Shown: positions 14,000-24,742, counted from the first letter of the stretch. The stretch is DNA of 64,000 nucleotides from an uncultured Pseudomonadota bacterium (GCA_963839685.1 CAWIVS010000002.1:358859-422858); one strand, 5' to 3'. Translations and numbers: made by a program. The notes: generated by a model not told the origin, from the letters alone.

Positions 14000-14776
14000 A
14001 TGCACCGACAAGCGATAGGAATTGACATCGGGGGCTCGTCTATCAAGGCGGCCGTCGTCGACCTCAATCGTGGATGCCTTGTCGGTGAACGCCGCTCGGT
14101 TCCCTCACCTGCCATGTCCGCGGTCAGCGATATGCTGCACGCCATGGCGGATGCCGTGCCCGAAGACACCGCACACCTGCCCGCCGGCGTGACCTTCCCC
14201 GGCGTCGTGGTTGCCGGCACCGTGCACACCGCGGCCAACGTTGCCAAGTCCTGGATCGGCCAGCCGCTGGCAGAGCCCGCCGCCGCCAAGCTCAAGCGCA
14301 AGGTCGTCGCCATCAATGACGCCGACGCCGCCGGGCTTGCCGAAGTCCACTTCGGCGCCGCGCGCGACGTGATGGGCACGGTGCTCGTGCTGAGTCTCGG
14401 TACCGGTATCGGCAGCGCGCTGTTCGTGGACGGCAAGCTGGTGCCGAACACCGAGTTCGGCCATCTCGAGTTCGATGGTATGGAAGCCGAAGCGCGCGCT
14501 TCCGGCCGCGCGCGCATGGAGCGCAAGCTCGATTGGGACGGTTACATGACCGAGCTCAACTACGTGCTGAACCGCACCCACGCATTGCTCTGGCCCGATC
14601 TCATCGTGCTGTGCGGCGGCATCACCGCCGATCACCCGCATCTGTGTGAAGACCTGAAGGTGCCGACGCAGCTCAAGACCGGCGCGCTGCGCGCGGATGC
14701 CGGCATCGTCGGCGCCGCGTTTGCCACCACGCTGCAACAAGGCGTGTGGATCAAGCAGGCGAAGGTCGCGGGTTAA
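14000..14776 (+). CDS. ppgK: polyphosphate glucokinase (ROK family)
   Basis: 258-aa ORF with ROK/actin-fold ATPase motifs (IGIDIGGSSIKAAVVDL, AINDADAAGLAE, LSLGTGIGSALFVDG). Size and N-terminus are typical of PpgK. It is adjacent to the glycogen genes. Confidence 0.75.
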   Translation: MHRQAIGIDIGGSSIKAAVVDLNRGCLVGERRSVPSPAMSAVSDMLHAMADAVPEDTAHLPAGVTFPGVVVAGTVHTAANVAKSWIGQPLAEPAAAKLKRKVVAINDADAAGLAEVHFGAARDVMGTVLVLSLGTGIGSALFVDGKLVPNTEFGHLEFDGMEAEARASGRARMERKLDWDGYMTELNYVLNRTHALLWPDLIVLCGGITADHPHLCEDLKVPTQLKTGALRADAGIVGAAFATTLQQGVWIKQAKVAG

Positions 14777-15216
14777 AGATTCTCGCCGGGCAACCGGCTG
14801 GCCTGCTTCACCCATCTGACAACCTGGGGCCTGTCGACCACGTCGCCCTCGTGGATGTCGAAGTAGCGCACTTGCGGATGCTTCGACTCGCCCGGTGGGG
14901 GCGGACGCAGCGACGCGCCACGGAAGAACGTCAGCTTCACGTACTTCGTGAAGCAGTGAAAGCTCAAGAACCAGCCCTTCTCCTCGAGGCCATAAAACGG
15001 CGAGTTCCACTTCACGGCCTTGCGCACACGAGGCACGACGCGCACGACGAGATCGTCGAGGCGGCGCCCGACGTTCTTTTTCCAGCCCGGCATGGCGGCG
15101 ATATACGCCTGCACCGGTGCGTCGCCCTCGCCCTTCGCAATCTGCGGGTTGCCTCCCGAGAGAAGCACAACCCTGGAAGATTTCTTCGCGGACTTCTTCG
15201 ACTTTTTCGCGGCCAT
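14773..15216 (-). CDS. DUF1801 (YdhG-like) domain protein
   Basis: Likely start is MAAKKSKKSAKK at 15216. The body (PVQAYIAAMPGWKKNVGRRLDDLV ... VKLTFFRGASL) resembles DUF1801 proteins. It is the last gene of the ArsR-SRPBCC-DUF1801 string. Confidence 0.65.
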   Translation of the reverse strand: MAAKKSKKSAKKSSRVVLLSGGNPQIAKGEGDAPVQAYIAAMPGWKKNVGRRLDDLVVRVVPRVRKAVKWNSPFYGLEEKGWFLSFHCFTKYVKLTFFRGASLRPPPPGESKHPQVRYFDIHEGDVVDRPQVVRWVKQASRLPGENL

Positions 15217-15220
15217 GGTG

Positions 15221-15766
15221 CTACCACCTGGGCAGTTCAACACCGAACTGCCTGGCGTACTCGGCGTTCAACCGCTGCCAGCCTTCGAACTGCATGGCCT
15301 CGGGCCCCACGATGCGGCCGAGGCGATCTCCGTCCAGCAGATGATCCAGCACATCCAGGCAGATGTGCCACCCGGCAGCACCCATGGAAATGTAGCGGCG
15401 ATCGATATTGGTCCACAGCGTCAGTCGCGTGCCACCCGCGTAGTCTTCGAGTTCCCAGCGCAGGTCGAAGCCACCCCAGTTGTACACCAGCACATCGGGA
15501 GGGTCGGCGCGCGTCACCTGGGTTTCCGTCACGTGCGGCGAAGGCGCTCCCACCGTGGTGAGCTTCACCGTGGACCCTTCCGCACCCAGGTTGCCGTCGG
15601 CGTCGAACGGCGCCCACTCGCGCAATTGCGCCGGGTCCGTGAGCGCCTGCCAGACCTTTTCCGGCTCGTGACGCAGTTGCTTGGTGAGGACCAGGGTCCA
15701 CTTCTCGCCGTCCTTCTTGACCCGTGCCACGTCGGCCGGGCCCGGTGCGTATGCCTCGCGATTCAT
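15221..15766 (-). CDS. SRPBCC (AHSA1/START-like) family protein
   Basis: 181-aa ORF with the pattern EKVWQALTDPAQLREWAPF ... typical of Aha1-like SRPBCC proteins. These are commonly found downstream of ArsR regulators. It overlaps the regulator stop by 4 nt. Confidence 0.7.
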   Translation of the reverse strand: MNREAYAPGPADVARVKKDGEKWTLVLTKQLRHEPEKVWQALTDPAQLREWAPFDADGNLGAEGSTVKLTTVGAPSPHVTETQVTRADPPDVLVYNWGGFDLRWELEDYAGGTRLTLWTNIDRRYISMGAAGWHICLDVLDHLLDGDRLGRIVGPEAMQFEGWQRLNAEYARQFGVELPRW

Positions 15767-16107
15767 TTGTTTCTCCTTGATTTCCTTTTCGTGGGTTTCG
15801 ATGGCTTCATGCGATCGAGGTGACGCTCGAGCGCATCCACGTGTGTGGACCAGTAGCGGCGGAATGGCACCAGCCAGGCGTCGATCTCCTGCAGCGGCTC
15901 GGCTCTCAGGCGGTACAGACGGCGCTGCGCGTCCACCGTGGCTTCCACGAGGCCGGCGTCGCGCAGCACCCTCAGGTGCTTGGACACCGAGGGTTGCGAG
16001 AGTTGCAGCTGCTGCTCGATGTCACCGACGGAACGCTCGGCGGTCGCCAGCAGGCTCAGGATGGCGCGGCGGCTCGGCTCGGCAATGATGTTGAATGCTG
16101 ATTCCAT
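15763..16107 (-). CDS. ArsR/SmtB family transcriptional regulator
   Basis: Start is MESAFNIIAEPSRRAILSLL at 16107. The wHTH reads SVGDIEQQLQLSQPSVSKHLRVLRDAGLV. Confidence 0.85.
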   Translation of the reverse strand: MESAFNIIAEPSRRAILSLLATAERSVGDIEQQLQLSQPSVSKHLRVLRDAGLVEATVDAQRRLYRLRAEPLQEIDAWLVPFRRYWSTHVDALERHLDRMKPSKPTKRKSRRNK

Positions 16108-16297
16108 GGTGCGTATATTCCTCTCGCGGTATATAGCTGTCAAGGCACATGAGGTGGGTGCCAGCAAACGCTGACGGCGGACGACATGGATTCCTACAGC
16201 TTGCTAGTTGGCCCGCTTGCAGCGCGAGAGGCACACACCTAACAAGATGCCCTTTACTAGAGCCGCCCTTCCAGGCTCCGCGATGAAGGAGATGACC

Positions 16298-16897
16298 ATG
16301 CGTCCTTACAACGTCCTATTAGCCGTCGTCGCAGCCACCCTGCTCGCGACCGGTTGTTCGCAGCAGAAGCAAAACGCCACCAAGGTGCTGGAGGCGGTCG
16401 AGATGAAGCTCGCCGAGGTCAAGAATGACGCCGAGCAATACGCGCCCGATGGCCTCAAGAGCGTCGAGTCACAGCTCGAGCGGCTCAACAAGAGCCTCGA
16501 GAACAAGGATTACAACGACGTCATTGCCGGCGCTCCGCAGCTCAGCAAGGCGGTCGACTCACTCAAGGAGGCGGTCGAGTCCGGCAAGTCACATGCACGC
16601 GCCGCGCTCGCCTCTGCCAAGGCCGAGTGGGACTCCCTGAGCGTCGAAGTGCCGAAGATGGTCGAGGACATCCAGGCCCGGGTCGACGAGTTGTCGGCGA
16701 AGAAACGACTGCCGTTTGGCCTGAACAAGGATGAATTCGCGGAAGCGAAGTCCGACTTCGAGGCCATGAAGGCGAGCTGGACCGAGGCCAGCAACGAGTA
16801 CAAATCCGGCAAGCAGGTCCAGGCCGTCGAGAAGGCCAGGACCGCCAAGGGGATGAACGAAGAGATCCGCGAACAGCTCAAGATGAAGAAGGCTTAA
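16298..16897 (+). CDS. helical lipoprotein, paralog 1 of 3
   Basis: AAGGAG lies 6 nt before the ATG at 16298. The lipobox is LLATGC. The mature part is Ala/Glu/Lys-rich and predicted helical. It shares EW(D/E/S)xL(S/N)xEVP(K/Q) and W(T/A)EA blocks with 17068..17625 and 28290..28874. Confidence 0.7.
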   Translation: MRPYNVLLAVVAATLLATGCSQQKQNATKVLEAVEMKLAEVKNDAEQYAPDGLKSVESQLERLNKSLENKDYNDVIAGAPQLSKAVDSLKEAVESGKSHARAALASAKAEWDSLSVEVPKMVEDIQARVDELSAKKRLPFGLNKDEFAEAKSDFEAMKASWTEASNEYKSGKQVQAVEKARTAKGMNEEIREQLKMKKA

Positions 16898-16920
16898 GAG
16901 TCACAACGACTCAGCCGTTT

Positions 16921-16955
16921 GACGCAGGGGCGCGAGCTCCTGCGTCTTTTTTTTT
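16921..16955 (+). terminator. Rho-independent terminator
   Basis: GACGCAGG (16921-16928) pairs with CCTGCGTC (16939-16946). A run of 9 T follows, 24 nt after the lipoprotein stop. Confidence 0.85.
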
Positions 16956-17067
16956 CCACCGCCGACCGCTGGCGCGGCCTACCTGTACTGACGTAACCGT
17001 CCTACGTGTCGACTTCCCGGGAACGCCTAGCCTGATGCATCACTCGCTTGCAATTCGAGGAGTCGAG

Positions 17068-17625
17068 ATGCGTAGTTTCAACATTCTCGCGGCGGTCACC
17101 GCCAGCACCCTGATCTTCGTGGGCTGCGCCAGCAAGGAAGAGCCGGCCAAACAAATTGTTGCCGGGGCGGAGACGAATCTCGCCCAGGTGCGCGATGACG
17201 CGGCCATCTATGCGCCCGAACAGTTACAGGACGCCGAGACCAAACTCGCGGCGGCCAAGGACAACATCACCTGGGAGAAGTACGACGACGTACTCCACAG
17301 CGCGGGTGAGCTCAATGCATCCGTGGTCGCCGTCAAGGAGGCCGTGGTTTCCAAACAAACGCAGATGGCTGCCGCGACCCACGAGTGGGAAACTCTCAAC
17401 GCCGAAGTACCGAAGATGGTGCAAGCGATCGAGCAGCAGATCGCGACCCTGCCGAAGGCCAAGCGCGAAGCCGCAAAAGCCTCGTTGGAGGAGTTGAAGG
17501 CCACGTGGGCCGAGGCCACTGCCGCGTTCACCGCGGGTGATCCGGCGCAGGCCGCGGACAAGGGAAGAATGGTCCAGGCCAAGGCGAAAGAAGTGAGCCA
17601 GCAATTGGGGATAAGCCCGGTCTAA
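17068..17625 (+). CDS. helical lipoprotein, paralog 2 of 3
   Basis: GAGGAG RBS, start MRSFNILAAVTASTLIFVGC (lipobox). Homologous to paralogs 1 and 3 (HEWETLNAEVPKMVQAIEQQI; KATWAEATAAF). Confidence 0.7.
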   Translation: MRSFNILAAVTASTLIFVGCASKEEPAKQIVAGAETNLAQVRDDAAIYAPEQLQDAETKLAAAKDNITWEKYDDVLHSAGELNASVVAVKEAVVSKQTQMAAATHEWETLNAEVPKMVQAIEQQIATLPKAKREAAKASLEELKATWAEATAAFTAGDPAQAADKGRMVQAKAKEVSQQLGISPV

Positions 17626-17692
17626 AAATCGAAGACATTCCAGGGAGGGGGCGTCATGAAAGCTTTCCGCATGGCGCTATGTGCTCGCGTCG

Positions 17693-18925
17693 CTATCGAA
17701 GCGCTTCGATTACCTGTATAGCCGCCCGGACACCACTGTCGTGGGCGCCATGGGTGGTGGAAAAATCCTCCGCACTGGTAGCCTCGCCGGCGAAAAACAC
17801 CCGCTTTTCGAATGGCCGCGCCAGCGCCTCGCGCGCTTGTCTGTGCCCGGGAAGTGCATAGCTGTACGCGCCGCCGATTCGGCCCATGCGGCTCCATTGG
17901 GACGCTGCCAGTGGCCGCAGCGAGCGGCGGATATCCGACCCGAACAATCTACTGAGCTGCTCCAGGCAGAATGCAAAGCCTGCCGCCGGGCCGCCTTCTT
18001 CGACCACCCGGCAACCTTCGCCACCGAGAAAGCCTTCTATGACCGGCCAGCCAAACGGCCTGATGTAGTAAGCCCCGGTATGTGCATCGCGCGGGTTGCC
18101 GATCACCTGGGTTTCGGCTTCGAAGGGTGCATCGCCCACGATCCCGAGGAACAACTTCTCATTGTTACCGAGGGGAAGCTGCCGAGCCGCCTCGCGCCAG
18201 GAATCGAGATCCCGCGGTAGTTCGATCGAGTCGCCGGCGAGCACGTCGGTCGACATGGTGAGAATGGCGGCGCGCGCATGAACCTCGCCCGTGTGCGTGG
18301 TGAGCGTCACGCCCTCGCCCCGCAACGTCATCGACTCGGCCGGCGTCGCCAGGCGCAGCGCGACGCCCGGCGGAAAGCTGCTGGCAACCAATGCGCCAAA
18401 GCCCCGTTGCGTGCGCCAGTTGGCGTCGGTGGAGGTTTCGTCGTAGGCGACATAGTCGGCGGCCGAAAGTCGCTCCAGGGTGGCGCCGCTGATGAATCCC
18501 GCAATCGCGCGGATGTACGAGTTCCACTCCTCACCGGGCGCCAGCGCATCGGCGGCGCAATCGTTGGCGGGCGGCGACTGTGAGAGGCGCTGCATCCATT
18601 GCTGCATCGCCTTTCTCGCCCCCGACTGTTCCGCACAACTGAAGCCCAGGTCCCGAAACTGGCTGCCCCACGCGGCGCGGCCCTGGTCGATCTGCAGTCC
18701 CGCGGCGCGCGCGATCCTGACCCAGGAGTTCCGGTCCGCCGAGTGGAACCAGCCGCAGCCGAGATCGAGAGCATGTCCAGCGACTTCCTCCGTATATGCG
18801 CGGCCTCCGAGGCGCGAGCTGGCCTCCAGCAACAAGGTCGTGAGCCTGCTTTGCGCCAAGCGCCGCGCGGCGCCCACGCCGGCCGCGCCACCTCCCACGA
18901 TGACGACGTCGTATTGATTGTTCAC
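17693..18925 (-). CDS. FAD-dependent amine oxidase family oxidoreductase
   Basis: Intact 410-aa ORF. The dinucleotide-binding N-terminus is YDVVIVGGGAAGVGAARRL ... LLEASSRLGGR. The C-terminal flavin amine-oxidase signature is FFAGEATS. Confidence 0.8.
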   Translation of the reverse strand: MNNQYDVVIVGGGAAGVGAARRLAQSRLTTLLLEASSRLGGRAYTEEVAGHALDLGCGWFHSADRNSWVRIARAAGLQIDQGRAAWGSQFRDLGFSCAEQSGARKAMQQWMQRLSQSPPANDCAADALAPGEEWNSYIRAIAGFISGATLERLSAADYVAYDETSTDANWRTQRGFGALVASSFPPGVALRLATPAESMTLRGEGVTLTTHTGEVHARAAILTMSTDVLAGDSIELPRDLDSWREAARQLPLGNNEKLFLGIVGDAPFEAETQVIGNPRDAHTGAYYIRPFGWPVIEGFLGGEGCRVVEEGGPAAGFAFCLEQLSRLFGSDIRRSLRPLAASQWSRMGRIGGAYSYALPGHRQAREALARPFEKRVFFAGEATSAEDFSTTHGAHDSGVRAAIQVIEALR

Positions 18926-18934
18926 GCGAAGAGA

Positions 18935-19814
18935 CTAACGAGATAAGCCGAGGGCTGACAGGTAGGTCTGCTGTCGCAGGTACTGGCTGCGCTTCATGGC
19001 GATGTAATCGTCGTGCGTCACCTCGCGCAGTTGGCGCGCGAAACGCTCGGTGTGCGCGAACCAGCGCTCGAGGCTCGCCTCGAAGCGTCGCGGCTCCGGG
19101 CTGTCGAGCGCATACAGGTAGGCCTCGAACGCCAGGTAGTAGCGCATGGTATTGCGTTCCAGCACGCCACGAATGCCGCGCACCAGTTGTGGCGCGTTGT
19201 CGGCACCTGTCACCCAAGTGAAACCCACCTTCTCGCGACCATTGGTGGCGAAGTAGGCGCTGGTTGCGACGCGTGCCAGGACACCCTGCGTGTACGCATA
19301 CTGGATTTGCATGAAGGTACGTTGCTCGTCGATTGCGACCATCGCCACTGCGATCAGGTAGTCGCCGGTGCCGAGCGGCCCTTCCTTCGCGGAGAGCTCG
19401 ACGCGCATGAAATCGTCGCCCACCCTCTCGGCATGGAAATCCAGCTTGACGCGATGCGTGTCTTTCAGCGGCTGCGTGGTTTTCTTGCCGAGCGCCACCG
19501 ACAGCGCCGGCGCTTCCTCGCTGCCCGTGGCGCGGCAATACTGGACGTTGAGGTGCAGGATCAGCGCTTCACACAGGACCGCGGGCGAGGTGAAGGCGCT
19601 CGCGACCGTGGCGAATGGATAGTTGACGATGGCGTAGGCGTCGCCGCGCGGCGCCTGCGAGCTGTCGATGGATTCGACATACAGGCCTTTCTGAGTAGCG
19701 GGCTAGCAAGGTAGCCGCGGGATTCGGCGGCGCTCGAGCGAGCGCAGCCTGGGCGTAAACCAGGGCGGCGAACGCCAACATTCTCAAGCACTTGGCGATA
19801 ATAGTTTCCACCAA
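18935..19814 (-). CDS. hypothetical secreted protein, one frame interruption
   Basis: The frame of ORF 18935..19498 stays open upstream to ~19700 without a start codon. A signal-peptide-like N-terminus (MLAFAALVYAQAALA) lies in another frame (ORF 19569..19814). The frame change is near 19700. Confidence 0.4.
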
Positions 19815-19960
19815 GCTGAGGAGGATGGCAGCGAACCTTTACCGGCTGATGATGGTTTTGGTGCCACCAATCCCGGGCCCGCCTACAGCAGCGCGCGGCG
19901 CCGGCTGATACGCGGCTGCGGTGCGGTTTACATGATGCGCGGGGAGCACTGGAGAACGTC

Positions 19961-20203
19961 ATGTCAGAGAAGAATCAAGTGGACTTCGGTCCCGTCGAGC
20001 CATTGCAGATCACTACGCCGGTCATCGACATCCAGGATCTCGAACATCACGCGAGCGTCGATACGCGCGTGTCGAACAAGGGCGTGCGGATCGAGCCCAG
20101 AATGGACGGCGCCGACGACCGGGATCTCGTGAAAGCAGATGAAGACGCGTTGCGCGCTCTCGAGCAGATCGAGAAATTGATCAGCGGAGAACTGCACGGC
20201 TGA
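19961..20203 (+). CDS. small acidic hypothetical protein
   Basis: 80-aa ORF preceded by GGAGAA. No motif recognised. An antisense ORF of similar length exists, so coding status is uncertain. Confidence 0.3.
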   Translation: MSEKNQVDFGPVEPLQITTPVIDIQDLEHHASVDTRVSNKGVRIEPRMDGADDRDLVKADEDALRALEQIEKLISGELHG

Positions 20204-20335
20204 TCAGTTTCCGCGCGGACCCGCGCCCATGAGTCCGAGGATCGCTTCGTAAACCTGATCGAATTGCTTGCGTGTATTCCCGTCGAGCCCGGCGACAGAG
20301 CGCTCCAGCGTTTTGAGGCGCCGCACGTGCGCTTC
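20204..20335 (-). pseudogene. 3' remnant of an ORF6N-family gene
   Basis: The minus strand translates to RRLKTLERSVAGLDGNTRKQFDQVYEAILGLMGAGPRGN*. This matches the last ~40 residues of the ORF6N genes at 33793..34305 and 51278..51727. No upstream part exists. The ROK gene RBS follows directly. Confidence 0.7.
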
Positions 20336-20359
20336 GGGACATCCGCAGGAGGAATTCTC

Positions 20360-21079
20360 ATGCCGGAGAAACAGCCGCATCAGCCTCGGCCCGCGCGGCG
20401 CGTGCTAGTGGTCGATATCGGCGGGTCCTCCGTGAAGTTTCGTGTGGTGGGACCAGGTCTGCGCCGCTCGAACTCCGGGCCGGTAGCGAAGTTCAAATCC
20501 GGCGCCGCTCTCACACCGCGCGCGATGATGAAAGAGCTCCTCCTATACACGCGCGACTGGCGATACGACGTCGTATCGCTGGGATATCCCGGAGTGGTTA
20601 GCGCCGGAAAGATTGCGCGTGAGCCCAACAATCTTGGCCGGGGCTGGATCGATTTCGATTTTCGCGCGGCATTCGGCCGGCCGGTCCGGATCATCAACGA
20701 CGCGGTGATGCAAGCCATGGGCGCCTACCGTGGCGGCACGATGTTGTTCCTCGGGCTCGGCACCGGCCTCGGTTCCGCGCTGATCGTCGACGGCACCATC
20801 GTGCCGATGGAGCTCGGGCACATGTATTTCTTTTCCCGCAAACTTACTTATGAGAGCCGCCTCAGCAAGCGCGGTCGAAGTCGCCGCGGGCTTGCAAAAT
20901 GGCGTCGCGACGTCGTTGCCGTCGTGCGCGGTTTCAGCCAGGCGCTGCTGCCCGACGACATCGTGCTCGGTGGCGGCGGAGTGAAGCATCTCAATCGGCT
21001 GCCGCCGCAAACGCGCCGCGGTAACAACGCCGATGCATTTCGCGGTGGGGTGCGACTGTGGAGTGATCGGCGGCGCTGA
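20360..21079 (+). CDS. ROK family sugar kinase-like protein
   Basis: AGGAGG lies 8 nt before the ATG at 20360. Motifs: VLVVDIGGSSVKF, IINDAVMQAMGA, LGLGTGLGSALIVDG. It is a shorter, divergent relative of ppgK. Confidence 0.7.
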   Translation: MPEKQPHQPRPARRVLVVDIGGSSVKFRVVGPGLRRSNSGPVAKFKSGAALTPRAMMKELLLYTRDWRYDVVSLGYPGVVSAGKIAREPNNLGRGWIDFDFRAAFGRPVRIINDAVMQAMGAYRGGTMLFLGLGTGLGSALIVDGTIVPMELGHMYFFSRKLTYESRLSKRGRSRRGLAKWRRDVVAVVRGFSQALLPDDIVLGGGGVKHLNRLPPQTRRGNNADAFRGGVRLWSDRRR

Positions 21080-22224
21080 CTAAACGTTCAGATCCACAAA
21101 CACCAGCGAGTGATCCGAGGCCTGTTCGACGGACTGGGTGATCTCAGGATACGTTTCCCAAGCCGTCGGACGCGTCACGCGGTCGCCCCACACGCCCTTG
21201 CGGAACACCGCGCCGCCGGTGAATGACGGCTGCAGGCTGGTGGACACGAAGATGTAGTCCAGCCGATTGCGCAGCCCGCAGGTGTCGAACGTCCCCGGCT
21301 TGTTGCCCACATCAAAACCCGGCAAGGAATAACAATCCTTGAGCGGACTGTTGTTGTCGAACAGTGGCAGCAGATTCACCGCTTGGGCTCCCGCGGCCGC
21401 GGGGCCCTCGTTCAGGTCGCCCAGCACCACGACGTGTTTGCCCTGTGAAATGAGATCGTTCGCAATCGCCCGCACCGCCGTGGCCTGGCGCTTGCGTTTC
21501 GCACCGCCGCCGCCCGACTGCGACTTGAAGTGATTCACCAGCACGTGGATGAGCGCGCCGCCCGGGGTGCGAATCTCGAACTGCGGGCAGTCGCGGCTGA
21601 AGACCGTGCCGCCGGCGTCCACCCGGTCGACGTTCGAACAGATCGAGACGATCTCGAAGCCCGCGCGCGTCATGATCGCGACATCGATGCCGCGTTCATC
21701 GTTGCCATCGATCAGCATCACGTGGCCGTACTGACCGCCCAGCAGCTCCGCGTTAAAGCGCACCAGCGAGGGCCGATCCTCGGCTTCGACCACGCCGATG
21801 ATGTCGGCATTCACTTCGCTGATCACTCGCGCCGTGATGCGCGTGCCGATTTCGTTGGTCGGTTCCTTGGCCAGCTCGATCCAGCCGATCCAGGAGCCAC
21901 GCCCGGTCGCCGTGATCTCGACATCCTCGGTCGTGTCCTGCGGCTCGCGATCGAAGGTGCCGCGGTTCTTGCGCAGCCAGGCCCACTTCGGGTGAACCAC
22001 CTGCTTGCGACGGATCGCGCCGTGGGCGTTCTTCGCGTAGATGTCCAGGATCACCAGCAGCTGCCGGATCCGCTTCTTGTCCGCCGGTTGTACACGGCTT
22101 TCGAGATCAGCGCGTTCACCTCGCCATAGGCGTCCAGGATGGGTTTGCCAATGCTGAGGTCGGTCTCCCGGAACGCGTTCGGCCGGGCGAACAGGTTTTC
22201 GACGTTGAACGACGCGATTCTCAT
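21080..22224 (-). CDS. endonuclease/exonuclease/phosphatase (EEP) family protein, one frame interruption
   Basis: The N-terminus MRIASFNVENLFARPN (ATG 22224, GAGGAA RBS) is in one frame. The rest is in ORF 21080..22054 (VLGDLNEGP, ASDHSLVFVDLNV). The frame change is near 22075. Confidence 0.8.
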
Positions 22225-22302
22225 GTTCTGTTCCTCATCGGTTCATTTCATTCAAGGCGGCCGCTTGAACCCCCCAACGACCGCCCTCACAGAGCGTCAG
22301 TC

Positions 22303-23281
22303 GTGGATTCTCCAAACTCTCCCTCGCCCGCACCGCTTGCCGATGACGGCGAGCTGCTCGACGCGTACTCACAGGCCGTAACCTCGGCCGCAGAGGCCGT
22401 GGCGCCCACGGTCGTGCACATCGATGTGAGCGCGGATAGCGAGGGCAAGCGGCGCCGCGGCAGCGGATCGGGCTTTTTCTTCACGCCGGACGGATTGCTG
22501 TTGACCAATAGCCATGTGGTGCATGGTGCGCGTGCGATTCGCGTCGCCACCCAGGATGGCGAACGATTCGCGGCGGACATCGTGGGCGATGATCCGGACT
22601 CCGACCTGGCCGTCATTCGAATCAGCACCCGTGGCGCGCCGCATGTCCGTTTCGGACCAATCCTCCAGGCTCAAGATGGGCCAGATCGCGATTGCCATCG
22701 GCAATCCGCTTGGATTCGAACATACCGTCACCGCCGGCGTCGTGAGCGCACTCGGTCGATCGCTGCGCGCCAGCACCGGCCGGCTCATCGACGACGTGAT
22801 CCAGACCGATGCCGCGCTCAACCCCGGCAACTCCGGCGGACCGCTGGTGAGCGCGCGCGGAGAAGTGATCGGCGTGAACACCGCCATCATTCCCGGCGCA
22901 CAGGGCATTTGTTTCGCCACCGCGAGCGACAGCGCCCAGTGGGTACTCGGGCAGTTGCTGGCGCACGGACGCGTCCGTCGCGGCTGGCTCGGGGTGGCCG
23001 GCATCAATGCACCCCTGGCGCGCCGCATCGCGCGGCACCACGGCATCGACAACGCCTCGGGCGTGCGCGTGCGCAGCGTGGAGCGCGACAGCCCTGCGGC
23101 GCTCGCGGGAATCGAGGCCGGCGATCTGGTCGTGCGTTATGACGGGGAAATCATCACCGGCATCGATCGATTGCAGCAGGTTCTCAATGCGGAGCGCATT
23201 GGCCGAAGCTGCGAAATCGTCGTGCTCCGGCATACGCGGAAAGTGGTGTTGCCAATCACGGCAATCGAGAAGCCGCAGTGA
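22303..23281 (+). CDS. trypsin-like serine protease with PDZ domain (HtrA/S1C-like), one frame interruption
   Basis: The catalytic triad context is present: [23 protein letters not shown]. The C-terminal PDZ reads [25 protein letters not shown]. The frame change is near 22650. Confidence 0.85.
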
Positions 23282-23290
23282 CGATCGCGA

Positions 23291-24337
23291 CTAGCGGATC
23301 TTCAACGCAATCTTGCCGAGCACGCCTCCCGCGGCAACGCGCTCCTGAGCCTTGGCGGCGTCGGCGAGCGCAAACTTCTCGGGAATGGGAATGCGGAACT
23401 CCTTGATCGCTTCCACCGTTCGATTCAGCAGCAGCATTTGCTCGGCCTGCGGCTCCGAGATCGCATCGTAGGGCGTGATCGTGACACCCGGTCGCGGCTC
23501 GGGTGTCGAAGCGATTCCAGTCGGATATGCGAGCCGGCCGCCGGAACGCAGCGCCTCCGTGCAGCGCTTGAGACCATCGCCGCCGGCCAGCGCGAGCACG
23601 GCATCCGCCCCCTCGGGCGCGAAACCGCGTGCGGCCGCCGCAATATCGCCGCTGCGGCCATCGACGACCACGTCGGCACCCAGCCGGCGTGCCAGGGCCA
23701 TCCCCGCTTCGCCTCCCGACGTCGTCGCCAGCACTTTGGCGCCGCGCGCCTTGGCCATCTGCAGCGCCAGCGTGCCCACCGCGCCGCTCGCGCCGTGGAT
23801 GATCAGGGTCTCGCCCGACTGCACGCGCAAGATTCGATCGACACCGCTGAGCGCGGTCAACCCGCTCGCACCGAGTACGCCCGCATCCTCCAGCGTGGCA
23901 TTGTTCGGTAGCGGCGCGACACAATTGGTCGGCACCGCGACGTACTCGGCATAGAAGCCACCCTTGGGATTGTCCCAGCAGTAGGCGTAGACCTGGTCCC
24001 CGACCTTGAAGCGCGTGACACCCGGTCCAACCGCCGCCACCACGCCCGCGCCATCGCTGCCGAGTACATAAGGAAACTTTGGATTGGAGATGTACTTGGC
24101 GGACTGCCGAATCTCGAGATCCCAGACCGCCACCCCCGCCGAGTGCACCGCAATCAGAATCTCGTTCGCATCGATGCGGGGCACCGGCAAGGTACGAAGC
24201 GTCATGACCTCGAGGCCGCCCGGGCGATCCATCGCAATGGCTTTCATCGTGCCCGGCACGGCAGACGGGGCGGCGCCGGCTGACGCGGCAAACATGACGG
24301 TCACGGCCATCAGCCGAAACGTGGACGGGATAAACAT
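23291..24337 (-). CDS. NADPH:quinone oxidoreductase-like MDR family protein with N-terminal signal peptide
   Basis: GGAGG RBS before the ATG at 24337. The hydrophobic leader is MFIPSTFRLMAVTVMFAASAGA. The zinc-free MDR body has IHGASGAVGTLALQMAK. Confidence 0.8.
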   Translation of the reverse strand: MFIPSTFRLMAVTVMFAASAGAAPSAVPGTMKAIAMDRPGGLEVMTLRTLPVPRIDANEILIAVHSAGVAVWDLEIRQSAKYISNPKFPYVLGSDGAGVVAAVGPGVTRFKVGDQVYAYCWDNPKGGFYAEYVAVPTNCVAPLPNNATLEDAGVLGASGLTALSGVDRILRVQSGETLIIHGASGAVGTLALQMAKARGAKVLATTSGGEAGMALARRLGADVVVDGRSGDIAAAARGFAPEGADAVLALAGGDGLKRCTEALRSGGRLAYPTGIASTPEPRPGVTITPYDAISEPQAEQMLLLNRTVEAIKEFRIPIPEKFALADAAKAQERVAAGGVLGKIALKIR

Positions 24338-24460
24338 GCAACCTCCAACGACTAAATGGCGAGGGAAATCAGCCAATAAGTACAAATTCGCGTGTTGAGA
24401 TGGAACAATTTGCCGCTCCCATTCGTACTTACTGTAGGAGACCGATTACCGGGGAATACC

Positions 24461-24742
24461 ATGCTCCACAGCCATGACGTACTGGATCTGCGTCAGCGGG
24501 CGCTTGCTGCACTGCACGCTGAAGTCCTCCCTCGCGTTCAGCCCAAGCGATCCTGGGGTGGACGCGGGTCCGGCAAATTGTGTCCCGTGTGCGGCCATTT
24601 CGTCGATCCGGCAGAGATGGAATTGGAGCTCGAGTTCGCCGCCACGGATATCGGCAACGATACGCGCGAGTTCCATTTGCACTTTCCGTGCTTCACCGCA
24701 TGGGAGTTCGCCAGGAGAGCCGCGGAGACTGATCACGCCTGA
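24461..24742 (+). CDS. small hypothetical protein with CPVC motif
   Basis: 93 codons from the ATG at 24461. It contains CPVCGH ... FPCF. It lies directly upstream of the cytochrome b gene. Confidence 0.35.
   Translation: MLHSHDVLDLRQRALAALHAEVLPRVQPKRSWGGRGSGKLCPVCGHFVDPAEMELELEFAATDIGNDTREFHLHFPCFTAWEFARRAAETDHA

Noticed and set aside
17693-17708. The perfect 16-bp palindrome ATCGAAGCGCTTCGAT at the end of the amine oxidase gene, as a regulatory site.
   Set aside because: It lies entirely within the last codons (IEALR*) and occurs once. It is most simply a coincidence of coding sequence.
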